The notes beneath the pieces were generated by a model, which was not told where the DNA came from, searched no databases, and was given only the letters and a program-made list of their open reading frames with translations. Shown piece after piece: positions 34,986 through 50,246 of a stretch of 64,000 bases of DNA. Source of the stretch: the human T2T-CHM13v2.0 reference genome, Homo sapiens; assembly GCF_009914755.1 (NCBI RefSeq), contig NC_060946.1. One strand, given 5' to 3'. Numbering within the stretch: the first letter of the stretch is position 1; every line of letters starts with the position of its first letter. The translations under genes and the position numbers were made by a program.

Positions 34986-35158
34986 TGACTTATCACTGTC
35001 ATGTTACTGTAAATACACAAAGCTACAAGCTCACATCAGATGATTTCAAAAGGTTCTTCTGTGCTGATGGTTATTTTTCTTAGCTCTCTTTCCTGCCATC
35101 AAATCCTTCTGCACAGCGAGTAAGTATTAAACGTCATTCTTTGGTTTAATCTTCATGA

Positions 35159-35516
<358 letters not shown>

Positions 35517-36016
35517 GGTTCTTTTTTGTTTATTACAAATCACAACCCACCAGCGCTTCCTGAGATAATTACTCAAGGAAGATCTTGTCTACAGTTCTGG
35601 TAGAGCTCTACTTTGGGCTACAGAACAAACAAAACCCTGGCTTGTTCCAGACACAGTCATTACAGGACGTGAGTCAAAATCTCAGGTTACACATAATAGA
35701 CTTTTAATATATATTAATGAGAGTATATGAGATGTCTTTGTAGAAAGAGATACAATAAAACCATGGATTCTTCTCATCAACAGCTGAATTGTCATTTCAT
35801 GACCTCAACCTTCCAGTCCTCCGAATGGCTGATACTACTTAGTTTTGACCTAACAAACCCAAGGTTCTGCTTCTGAAAATGTCTATGTCCTGATATTCAA
35901 GAGCCTCGAAAAGGCTAATTGAACGACAGATAAAGAAAGCCATGTGTTGTAAATTGATACATAGTGGCGCTCTGAGAGTCCTTGAGATTCTTAGTTATTC
36001 TGTGCGATGGTTCCTA

Positions 36017-36481
<465 letters not shown>

Positions 36482-36495
36482 TCACCTTTCAGCTA

Positions 36496-36968
<473 letters not shown>

Positions 36969-37133
36969 GATTGTTCTCCAAGATATTTTCTAAAATTCCT
37001 GGACAATGATGACATTAATGATTTGCAGGAGTAACCTGGGAATTTCAATGAAAGTGAGATCCAAGAGTTTGGAACATTCCTCTTCCACCCCCAACCCACC
37101 ACCCTCAACCCAAGTTCCAATCAAAAAGTCTGG

Positions 37134-37335
37134 GTGGTGGTGTGCTGGTACATGTTTAACAACCGGCTCTTTGTGGAAGAAGTCCTGATTCACAGTGCTT
37201 GCCAATTTCCATGGTGTAACTACTCCCACCATGGCCAGTCAAGCTACCCTCTTGACAAAACTGAATGAAGAGTTGGGGGCGACGTGTACCCTCAGTTCTC
37301 CTCAGCTGGCATGAGCTGGCTCCTGCACACTCCCG
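37134..37335. mobile_element. MER63A-like hAT fossil
   Basis: gtggtgtgctggtacatgtttaacaaccggctct...ggctcctgcacac. Confidence 0.8.
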
Positions 37336-37701
37336 AGTCTCAAAAAGATGGGACTGCAATACCGGTGTAAATTAGTAGCAGAAACCCAATTAACCATATA
37401 GCCTATTGGAAGGAATTCTCTGCAAACTAAAAGACAGGTGATCATGGAAAAAAAAAAGGAAACAGAAAAACAAAGAGCCAAGTCCCCAGTGCCTGTATGG
37501 GCACTGTCCAGGAAGCGGGTGTCCTGCTCCAGGCCTCAAGCTGCCCCTCACAGAGGAACCAGCCCTCACGTCAGGCCGGCTGCATCAGACTGGAAGCTTC
37601 CAACTCTTTTTTTTTTTTTTTTTTTAATCATAGCTTCCTGCAGCCTCGAACTCTACCCCCATAATCTGATTCTCTAACTCATGAAGTAACTTTCTGATTA
37701 G

Positions 37702-38633
<932 letters not shown>

Positions 38634-40244
38634 TAGGAAAGTTGGTCTATTCTCAGGTACTTGTCATAGCCAGAAGTAGAACCCTCTGAAAATATCCTTC
38701 TCCACCCCTGATGTTTTCTCCTATTTCAAGGTCTAGTTCAAATGACACGTCCATTTCAGTTTTCTCTGCCCAGGAGGAACTGCTTCCTGAAAAACAGCCT
38801 ATGGTATCTACATTTTGCACTGCCCGAGTGAGTCAAAGAAAACTGCCATAGTGTGCTAAGACTTCTTCCAGCTGTGGGATGGTTTCTATTAGAATCCACA
38901 GGGAACGGGAAGGGGGATGAGGAAGCCTGGCAACGAGACCTGTCTTCAAAGTCAAGGTCCACAAAATGGGGTGGCCTCTGCCTTCCTGACATTTAACTGC
39001 TTGAAATTAGACTGTGACCCGTATCATTGCTGCCAGATGCCATAGGACACTGTGCTTCCCAACAGACATGGGATACATTAATTAAGACAGAAAGCGCTGT
39101 GCATTGAGAAGGCAGCTCCAGGGTGCTTTCCACATGCAGATGCTCTGAGGAGGCAAAAGAAATGACACCCAGGGATCAGAAGCGCAGCTGAGGAGCGGCT
39201 TTGTTAAAGACCATCTTTTGGATTAGCGGAAGGTAACAGCCTGACCACGACTCTCACCACTGGCTCTGCTGATGAACTTATTGTGAGAATTGCTATGCTT
39301 GCAAGAGGTCTAAATTGTCTTAGATTTTCAGACATAACATAAAGATGGGACAAAATCAAAACCCTGCTGGGCCTTTTTTTTTAAAAAAAAAAAAAAAGGA
39401 AAAAAAAAAAACCTCGAAGCATGAGAACCATTTTTTAAACATCTTAGAACAATCGGCAACTGGTAACTTTTGCTTGAAATCCCTGGCTCTGACAAAGGCA
39501 ATGAGCAGCTTTAAAGGATTCCGAAAACGAAAAGGCTGCCGGAGTCATTTCCATTCATTCTGATCTCGTTCTTTACTATTTTATACACTCTCATTTGGAA
39601 GCTTTTTAGCTGTCCTTTGTAGGTTTGTGAGAATGATTTGCAAAGCCTTGGAAACATTTAGCTCCTCTCCAACTCCTAATTCCCTAAGTAATTCTGTGGC
39701 GTGTTGTTCACGGGGCCTCTGGGTTTCCTCATCATCTCCGGGAGTTCTGTGCACTGCCTGTGTCAGGGAGGCACACAAGAAGCTCTTGCTCTCTGTAAAC
39801 AAGCGTCTTTGCTGTAGGAGGAATGAACTAAAGGCTGGTGGTGCTTTCCAGAAGGATGATGCAGTGAAATGCCAAACGCTGCTGGGACGCTTTCCACACT
39901 GACAGCATTCTCTTAGTTACTTAAAGAAACGAGGGAGGGTGACTATTCCTGGAAGTAACCAGGAGTGATGAGTAGCCTTCCCTTAAGGATAACAAAGTAT
40001 GTCAATTGCCCCCTCACCCTCCCGCCACACCACACTGGGTTTTGCAGCAGTGGCTTCCTGCCTGGCCAGTGAGCCTGGTGTGGTAAGCAGCCTGTTCAGG
40101 CTGAAGACAACGGGCAAAACGCAGCTTCTCTGAGGCCATGAAACTGACCTTATCCCCTTCATTCAGACGATAGGTACTGGGTTACTTGAAAGAGCCATCG
40201 TATTGACCAATAATATAATGACAGAGACTTCCACAGAATATCTT

Positions 40245-40904
40245 TGATATGGTTGGGCTCTGTGTCCCCATCCAAATCTCATTTGAATTGTACTCTCATA
40301 ATTTCCACATGTTGTGGGAGGGACCTGGTGGGAGATAATTGAATCGTGGCGGCAGGTCTTTGCAGTGCTGTTCTCATGACAGTGAATAAATCTCACAGCC
40401 GGGGACCGTGGCTCACGCCTGTAATCCCAACACTTTGGAAGGCCAAAGCAGGCAGATCACTTGAGGTCAGGAGTTCGAGTCCAGCTGGTCAACATGGTGG
40501 AACCACGTCTCCACTAAAAATACAAAAATTAGCTGGGCATGGTGGCGCATCCCTGTAATCCCAGCTACTCAGGAGGCTGAGGCAGGAAAATGGCTTGAAC
40601 CTGGGAGGCGGAGGTTTGCAGTGAGCCGAGATTGTGCCATCGTGTTCCAGCCTGAGCAACAGAGTGAGACTCCATCTCAAAAAAAAAAAAAAAAAAAAAA
40701 TCCTCACAAGATCCGACGGCTTCCTAAGGCAGAGTTTCCCTGCACAAACTCTTTGCCTGCTGCCATCCACGTGAGATGTGACTTGCTCCTTCTTGCCTTC
40801 TGCCATGATTGTGAAGCTTCCCCAGCCACGTGGAACCTCTTTCTTTTGCAAATTGCTCACTCTCAGGTATGTCTTTATCAGCAGTGTGAAAATGGACTAA
40901 TACA
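40245..40904 (+). mobile_element. THE1 solo LTR containing an Alu
   Basis: tgatatggtt...ggactaataca; perfect TSD atctt. Confidence 0.93.
40397..40700 (+). mobile_element. AluS
   Basis: TSD ending in ctcaca. Confidence 0.93.
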
Positions 40905-40968
40905 ATCTTCTACTGGTTAAATCCATATACAGTTGAGCAATTCCAAGAGCATCCCTTTTACAGATCCC

Positions 40969-41018
40969 TTTTACGGATCATAAGAAACTTTAAGCAAAAT
41001 TTCTTATGATCTGTAAAA
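40969..41018. repeat. Inverted repeat with 23-bp arms and a 4-nt loop
   Basis: ttttacggatcataagaaacttt-aagc-aaaatttcttatgatctgtaaaa; 21 of 23 positions complementary. Confidence 0.95.
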
Positions 41019-41023
41019 CTTGT

Positions 41024-41381
41024 TGTCTTAGTCAATCTGGGCTGCTATAAGAGTACCAGAGACTGGGTGGCCTAAACAACACATTGGTTTCTCAGAGTTC
41101 TGGAGGCTGGGAAGTCCAAGATCCAGATACCTACGGATTCAGTATCTGGGGAGGGCCCACTTCCTGGTTTGTAGACAGCCACATTCTTGCTGTGTCTCCA
41201 CAAAGAGAGATAGAGAGAGCCAACTCTCTCCCATCTCTTGCTAAGGGCACTAATCCTATCCTGATGGCTTCATCTTTGTGACATAATTGCTTCCCAAATG
41301 CCCCATATCCTAATGCCATCACATTGGGGATTAAGGTTTCAACATATGAATTTGGGGTGGACAAACATTCAGTCCAAAGCA
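41024..41381 (-). mobile_element. MLT1A0 LTR
   Basis: tgtcttagtc...gctgctataa...aaacattcagtccaaagca. Confidence 0.87.
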
Positions 41382-41555
41382 CTTTTACTCAACCAAAGCA
41401 TGCCCTTTAATATACAATAAGGAGTCAGTAAAAGATGCCTTTAAATTGCCAATTCAGCTCCCCAATCCACCTAAAGCATAGTTAAGTAGGAAACATCCAA
41501 TTCGCCATACAGATTATGGAAACAAATGAGAGTTTATTATTAAGAGCAGTTATTC

Positions 41556-41773
41556 GGCCGGGCACGGTGGCTCATGCCTGTAATCCCAGCACTTTGGGAG
41601 GATGAGGCAGGCGGATCATGAGGTCAGGAGATCAAGACCAGCCTGGCTAACACAGTGAAACCCCGTCTCTACTAAAAATACAAAAAATTAGCCGGGTGTG
41701 GTGGCGGGTGCCTATAGTCCCAGCTACTCAAGAGGCTGAGGCAGGCAAATGGCATGAACCCGGGACACGGAGC
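41556..41773 (+). mobile_element. 3'-truncated AluY-like element with TSD
   Basis: Ends mid right arm; TSD agcagttattc. Confidence 0.92.
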
Positions 41774-42147
41774 AGCAGTTATTCACTACACAAAGCATTC
41801 CTAAGGAAATTTCCACCCTTGAAGTGTTTATATTCTAAGCTGGCAAAGGGAAGGAAAAAACATTGGTTCTTTTTTTTTTTTTTTTCTCATTTCCTTGATA
41901 CATAAATTGCACAGAAAGGAACAGGTTTTTTTGGGGGGGTGAGGAGATGGTCATAAAAGAAGGCTCAGAGATGAAGTGTGCCTCTCTGCAGCAAACAAAA
42001 TGGAGAAGCTCTGCAAGATGTTTCTAGTCCTGCAAAATTGTGGTCAAGTTATCCTTGACACTCTTCCATTAAAAACACCTAAAATTATAGACTAAATATA
42101 AAAAGTATTATTTTAAATGCATGGCTGAGCTCATGAAAAAAATGAGA

Positions 42148-42435
42148 GGCCGGGCGCAGTGCCTCACGCCTGTAATCCCAGCACTTTGGGAGGCTAAGGC
42201 AGGAAGACCACCTGAGTTTCAGGAGTTCTAGGCCAGCCTGGACAATATGGTGAAACCCCATCTCTACTAAAAATACAAAAACCAGCCAGCCGTGGTGGCA
42301 GGCGCCTATTATCCCAGCTACTCAGGAGTCTCAGGCAGGCTTGAACCCAGGAGGCAGAGGTTGCAGTGAGCCAGGATTGCGCCACTGCACTCCAGCCTGG
42401 ATGACAGAGTGAGACTCTGTCTCAAAAAGAAAAAA
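42148..42435 (+). mobile_element. AluS
   Basis: Full dimer with a small deletion. Confidence 0.93.
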
Positions 42436-42479
42436 GAAACAGAACAATGGGATGTGTTAGCAGATCCTTGGTGGCCTAC

Positions 42480-43095
42480 TAGCCAGATTCACAGGTCCAG
42501 CACCAAAGGGTGAAGACGGGAGCAGCACCACTCACTATTACCCCTAGTGACTCACTAGCAAAATTTTTGCTTCCTGTCCCCGCAGCTTTATGGTCTGCTG
42601 AGAGGTCTTAGTCCAAAGGAAGGAATGCTTCCTTCCATTAGAAGACACAAGAATGGTTCAATTGAATAGAAGTTAAGACTGCCCAGTCACTTTGGGCTCC
42701 TCATGCCACTGAATCAACAGGCAAAAAGGGAATTCTTGTGCTGGCTGGAGGGATTGATCCTGACTACCAAGGGGAAATTGGACCACTCGGCAGCAGAGGC
42801 AAGGAAGACAATATCTGGAATACAGGAGGTCCCTTAGGCTATTTTAGGATTACCATAACTTGTGATTAAAGTCAATGGAAAACAAAACAATCCAATCCAG
42901 GCAGGATTATGAAAGGCCCAGACCCCTTAGGAGTGAGGGTTTGGGCCACCCCACCAGGTAAAGAACCATGACCAGTGCTTGCTGAGGGCCATGGGAATGC
43001 AGAATGGGTAGTGGAAGAAGGCAGTTATGTGTGCCAGCCATGACCACATAACCAGTTACAGAAGCAAGGACTGTCATTGTCATGAGTATTTTCTT
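42480..43095 (+). mobile_element. ERVL internal fragment (frameshifted dUTPase region)
   Basis: Translates in pieces as HFGLLMPLNQQA...VLAGGIDPDYQGEIG, typical of ERVL dUTPase. Confidence 0.85.
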
Positions 43096-43104
43096 CTTTT
43101 CTCC

Positions 43105-43765
43105 AGAGAGAGATTTTATTTTAAGGAATTGGCTCCCATAATTGTGGGGGCTGGCGAATCCCAAATCTACAGGTTAGGCCAGCAGGCTGGAGACCCAGGA
43201 TAGGGGTGATGTCTGCAGCCGGAGTTCAAAGAAAATGTGCTGGCAGAACTCCCTCTTCCTTCTGGGAGGTCAGTCTTTTTTTTTTTTAGGCCTTCAACTG
43301 ATGGGTGAAGCCCACCCACATTACCCACTTTACTCAAAATCCACAGATTTATTTATTTATTTATTTTTGAGACTGAATCTTACTCTGTCGCCCAGGCTGG
43401 AGTGCAAAGTTGTGATCTCTGTTCACTGCAACCTCCACTTCCTGGGCTCAAGCCATTCTCCTGCCTCAGCCTCCCGAGTAGCTAGGACTACAGGCACCTC
43501 CCACCACGCCCAGCTAATTTTTGTATTTTTAATAGAGACGAGGTTTTACCATGTTGGCCAGGCTGGTTTTGAACTCCTGACCTCAAATGATCTGCCCGCC
43601 TCAGCCTCCCAAAGTGCTGGGATTACAGGCGTGAGCCACCACTCCCGGCCCACAGATTTAAATGTTAATCTCATCTAAAAGCACTATCTCCACAGCACCA
43701 TTTAGACTCGGGCTTAATTGAATATCTGGGTACTGCTGGCCAAGTTGACACATAACATTCATCAC
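43105..43765 (-). mobile_element. MLT2 (C/D-like) ERVL LTR, 5' part, split by an Alu
   Basis: ttaaggaattggctc...ggccttcaactgat...gccaagttgacacataa...catcaca. Confidence 0.8.
43352..43650 (-). mobile_element. AluS
   Basis: TSD cacagattta. Confidence 0.94.
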
Positions 43766-43769
43766 ATGG

Positions 43770-44070
43770 CTGGATCATGAACATGCATAGCTTGGAGGAA
43801 AAGCCAACGGGGTGCACTGAGAGGAGAGAAGGAGATCTGAAAGAAGGAGAGATTTTGTCCCCACGCACCTGGAATTATGGGGATGCCATTAACCAAGATG
43901 GAAAGACTGCCAAGAAAGCAGACAAGGGAGGCAGAGTCAAAGGCGGAGATCAGGGGTTCAAACTTTTGAAGTCTGAGACATCTATTAGACATCCAAATAT
44001 AGGTGCAGCTGGATATGTGAATCTGGAGTTCAGGGGAGAGACTCTGGCTGGAGATAAAAAGCTTATATCA
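43770..44070 (-). mobile_element. L2 fragment
   Basis: gtctgagacatctattagacatccaaat...ctggagttcagggg. Confidence 0.7.
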
Positions 44071-44925
44071 TCTTCTGCATGAGCCTTTTGTAAGATTTCC
44101 CACACAATTCCTAAATTAAAACAAATCATTTGTGCCCCAGTTTGGGATGTGGGAAATAACTATAATTAAAAATAGAGAGGGCTTAAAGTGTAGGGAGATG
44201 AGCTTTGCAGAGGAGGCTGCGGGCTAACCCAGGCTAGATGGTGAGGGTTGAGCAGGAAGCTGTCAGCTGAAGAGAGGCTGGAGGGAAAAGTTAATGAATC
44301 GCCTTGGCTCAAAAGATGAAAGTGATACTAAATCAGAATTGCCCTGGAAAATTGCTGCCACCCAGGCACACGGTATTGGCCAATTGTTTCTCGGAGACGT
44401 GGTTTGTGAACAAGAGCAAGAGCATGACGTCTCCATGACAAGCACAGCCCCCAGAGTCCTTTTTTCAGAGTTTTCATTCTAGTCCCGCAGTTCTAACCTA
44501 GGACAAGTCATTTCATTTCTCTGCACCTCCTTTCCTTCACGTTAAAATAGAATCACACTCCTGCCCACTTCCTGGGGTTGTTGTAAGAACTAAATGCTAT
44601 GGCTGCATGGCCCAGAGTCCATGCTCCGTAAATACTAGCTCTGATCATGGTTATTTGTCTCTCCGACTTCTGTCTAATGCTGTAAGAGCATTAGATTCAT
44701 AGCCACTTGTATCACCAGCTCACAGGTTAAGCAAGTGTCTGATGAGTTGAACTGAACAGGAAAGTAGCAACATCTCGTGGCATGAAGGAAAGGAATGTTG
44801 TTGCTTGAACTCGCCTGCACCTGCAAGCTTCCTTGCCTCTTGCCCTCCTGGGTTAACGCTTCTGCCTGTGCCTTGGGTCCCAGACCCTCCCACCTTCTCA
44901 AGAACTGCACTCTTTCTATTATGCC

Positions 44926-45496
44926 TGTCAGGCCTCTGAGCCCAAGCTAAGCCATCATATCCCCTGTGACCTGCACGTATACATCCAGATGGCCTGAAGC
45001 AACTGAAGATCCACAAAAGAAGTGAAAATAGCCTTACCTGATGACATTCCACCATTGTGATTTGTTCCTGCCCCACCCTGATACGGTATATTCTCCCCCG
45101 CCCTTAAGAAGGTACTTTATACGCCTATCCCAAACGTCTAAGAACTAATGATAGGCTGGGCGCGGTGGCTCACGCTGGTAATCCCGGCACTTTGGGAGGC
45201 CGAGGCGGGCGGATCACGAGGTCAGGAGATCGAGACCATCCTGGCTAACAAGATGAAACCCCGCCTCTACTAAAAGTACAAAAAATTAGCCGGGCATGGT
45301 GGCGGGCACCTGTAGTCCCAGCTACTCGGGAACCTGAGGCAGGACAAAGGCGTGAACCCGAGACAACTAATGATAATCCCACCACCCTTTGCTGACTCTC
45401 TTTTCGGACTCAGCCCGCCTGTTCCCAGGTGAAATAAACAGCCTTGTTGCTCACACAAAGCCTGTTGGTGGTCTCTTCACACGGACGCGCGTGACA
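44926..45496 (+). mobile_element. LTR7 (HERV-H) solo LTR interrupted by a truncated AluY
   Basis: tgtcaggcctctgagcccaagctaagccatc ... gaaataaacagcc...cacacggacgcgcgtgaca. Confidence 0.95.
45154..45364 (+). mobile_element. 3'-truncated AluY with TSD
   Basis: TSD aactaatgata; ends at ggcgtgaacccgaga. Confidence 0.93.
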
Positions 45497-45701
45497 CTCT
45501 TTTCCTTTTCTCTGACCTCTCCTTAGATCCTTCCCCTCTGCATTTTAACATGCCCAGGGGTTTCCCACTTAAAGAAACAAAAATGAAACTACTCACCCTT
45601 TCACCCCACGGCCCCCTCCAGTTTTCTTCCAGTTTCTAAACTTCTGTTCTCAGCCAAACTTTTTTTTTTTCTGGATAGATGTGATAATGAGGTTTTAATG
45701 A

Positions 45702-46038
<337 letters not shown>

Positions 46039-46199
46039 TGATCAGAAGTAAAAAAAAAAAAAAAAAAAAAAAAACAAAAAAACAATTTTTTCCCCTCAGG
46101 TTTTGAACAATTGGAAAGCATAAAGATAAAGACAGTCTTGAAAAAATTTAAGGAATGAGTTTAAGGTTCTAATTTTCAACCTTCATTGTTCATCCTAGA

Positions 46200-46389
46200 T
46201 TTTTGTTTGTTTACTTTAAGTTCTGAGATACATATGCAGAATGTGCAGGTTTGTTACATGGGTATACACGTGCCTTGGTGGTTTGCTGCACCTATCAACC
46301 TGTCATCTAGATTTTAAGCCCTGCATGTATTAGCTATTTGTCCTAATGCTCTCCCTCCCCTTGCCCCCACCCCCACACACCCGGTGTGT
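46200..46389 (-). mobile_element. L1PA (older primate) 3' end fragment
   Basis: actttaagttctgagatacatatgcagaatgtgcaggtttgttacat. Confidence 0.88.
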
Positions 46390-46717
46390 CTGCATTTCCA
46401 AACTTCTGCAAAGTTGTTTACTCATGCTTTCTACAGTTCCCCTTGTCCTCATTTCCCCATTCATTGCAACAGGCTTCAGCCCAACCCTCCCTTCTGCACA
46501 TGGCTTTCTCCAGGGTCACCAATGACCAATTTTTTTTTTCCTAAATCCAACAGATATTGTATAATCTTCATCTTACTTGCCCTTTCAGCAACATTTGGGA
46601 CCCCCTAACCATTCCCTTTCTTGAAACACTAAACGCCTTCTCCTAGTTCTCTTCCTTTATCTTCAGTTGACCATCCTCATCCTCAGTCTCCCTGGCTGGC
46701 TTACCATTCTCCAGTGA

Positions 46718-47009
46718 CTTTTTTTTTTTTTTTTCTGGAGATAGGGTCTGGCTGTATCACCCAGGCTGGAGTGTAGTGGGGTGATCTTGGCTCACTGCAA
46801 CCTCCGCCTCCTGGGTTCAAGCTTCAGCCTCTCGAGTAGCTGGGACTACAGACATGCACCATCACATCCAGGTAATTTTTGTATTTTTTAGTAGAGACAG
46901 GGTTTCACCATGTTGGCCAGGCTGGTCTTGAACTCCTGGCCTCAAGTGATCCAACCACCTCGGCCTCCCAAAGTGCTGGGATTACAGATGTGAGCTACTG
47001 CTCCTGGCC
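46718..47009 (-). mobile_element. AluS
   Basis: Dimer with a small internal deletion. Confidence 0.93.
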
Positions 47010-47572
47010 TGAACCTGGCTTTGAATACAAATGAGCATATGTGTATGTGTCTGAGAGAGTGGCAGACTCGGGGGAAGCAGGCTGAGTGAAAAGGGACAAA
47101 GGAGGCCAGAGGGAAGAAGGAGAAGCAGAGAGGGGAGCACCAAGTATCTACCCACCACCTGGAATCTTCCGGATCCTGCGTGGCCCTGGAAATGACCTGC
47201 CTATGGCTTCAGACACGGCGACTTTAGGATGCCATCATAACACCCTCATTTTGGCAGACCTCCTGGGCCTTAAAGCTTCACCATCTCACTCAAAATTCAC
47301 GGTGGCTTTTCCAAGCTAGCTTTCATTTGCCTTGAGATTGTCAGAATTACCTAGTGCCTCCCATTTTTCTTGCCTCCTCGCTCATCAATGCCAGTATTGC
47401 TTTCATACCCTAAGGACTGCTGTCTTTTAGCATCTTCTCTTTCATAATGAGTTAACTACAAATACACACCCCTCGGGATCAGAAAAGTAATGTGGCCTAC
47501 AAGGAGTGTAAAAGCATTTGTAAACTTTATTTGTAAACCATATACATTTTAAAAAGAAAGTCAAATATTTTC

Positions 47573-48455
<883 letters not shown>

Positions 48456-48869
48456 CTAATAAAACTGAAATCTGAGCTGAGCTTGGTCTGACTTTTACAA
48501 GTGCATTGGACTTTTTCCACTCTAGGAAAACTTCCTCAGCTCTAACTTCCAGGTAGACTCGGGTTAATAAATGTCATGTCACAGAAAGTTCTAGCAAAGC
48601 CCATGGCTTCACAAAGCAGATGGTTTGATATGAACTTAATGTTTTTGTCTAGAATTATCCTTCATAAATGTAGGAAAGGCAAAGACAGCCCTTCACCTTC
48701 TGGTAAAACACAGGCCTCAATTTCTCATGCTCCCTCCATCTTAACCTCTTCATTGAGGAAAAAATAATGCTAAGTGACTCTTGTCCAACATGAGTTTAGT
48801 GGTCAAAGGCAGAGTAGAAATTACTTAGATGAGGCTCATAGTAACACTATACCCATGATAACAGCCATA

Positions 48870-49340
48870 TTATTCAGGATAAAGTCCAGGCAGCTAAAAC
48901 AGAGAGACTCTAAAAGACAGTGACTCACAGAAAGTCCTTATCATATAACAGTCCCAAAGTCGGGACAGTGAGAGGGCTCATGACGTCACTCAAGGACCCA
49001 GGCCCTTTCCACCTTGTTGCTCTGCCAGACTGCAGAGTACTGTTTTCGCCCCATGGTCAAAGCTGGGTGGGAGCACATGCACATTCCAGCTTGTGAGAAG
49101 AGGAAAGAGCACCGCTGCAGGACCAGGGCTCATCTTCCATGCCCAGGGCTCATTTTCCATGCTGGGGACGACCTAGAAGTTGCACCATCATCACTGCACA
49201 CGTTCTGTGCTTGGCCACAAGGCCGCACTAGCAACAAAGCAGACAAGAAGTGTAGTCTCTCCCTGGGCCCAATGGCAATTCTGTTCCTGTGGAAGAAGGG
49301 GAGACCAGATTTTAGTGTCCAACTATTAATTGCAACCTGC
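48870..49340 (-). mobile_element. Old MaLR LTR (MLT1J-like)
   Basis: aaggacccaggccctttccaccttgttgctctgcca; agaagtgtagtct. Confidence 0.6.
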
Positions 49341-49726
49341 CACAATAACAACCATAGTTTACATCTGTACTTTGCTTTACAGTTAATCAAATACTTTCAT
49401 ACCCTCCAAGCCACCTAATCTAACAACAAACCTTTGAGTAGGCAACATTTCTCTCATGTTATACATGAGAAAACAGTACCAAACGCATTAAGGAAATAGG
49501 GTAAGGCATAGGTTGGAGTTTTAAATGCTCAGTGGGAATGCACCCCCTGTGGTGACTAAATATTGGTAGAACCCAAAAGAAAAGCTTGTTCAGTTTGTTC
49601 CAGACAGTATTTATTAAGCAAGTACTAAGAACCTAGGAACTGAGAAAACAGAATGACAAGACAGGGTCCTTGCCCCTAAAGATTTCACAACAGTTGAGGA
49701 GAGCAAAACGGTGCTTGTAGTATATA

Positions 49727-50246
<520 letters not shown>

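Noticed and set aside
35955-35975. CTCF-like agtggcgctc
   Set aside because: Only the 3' half fits; spacing and the 5' CCAS core do not match.
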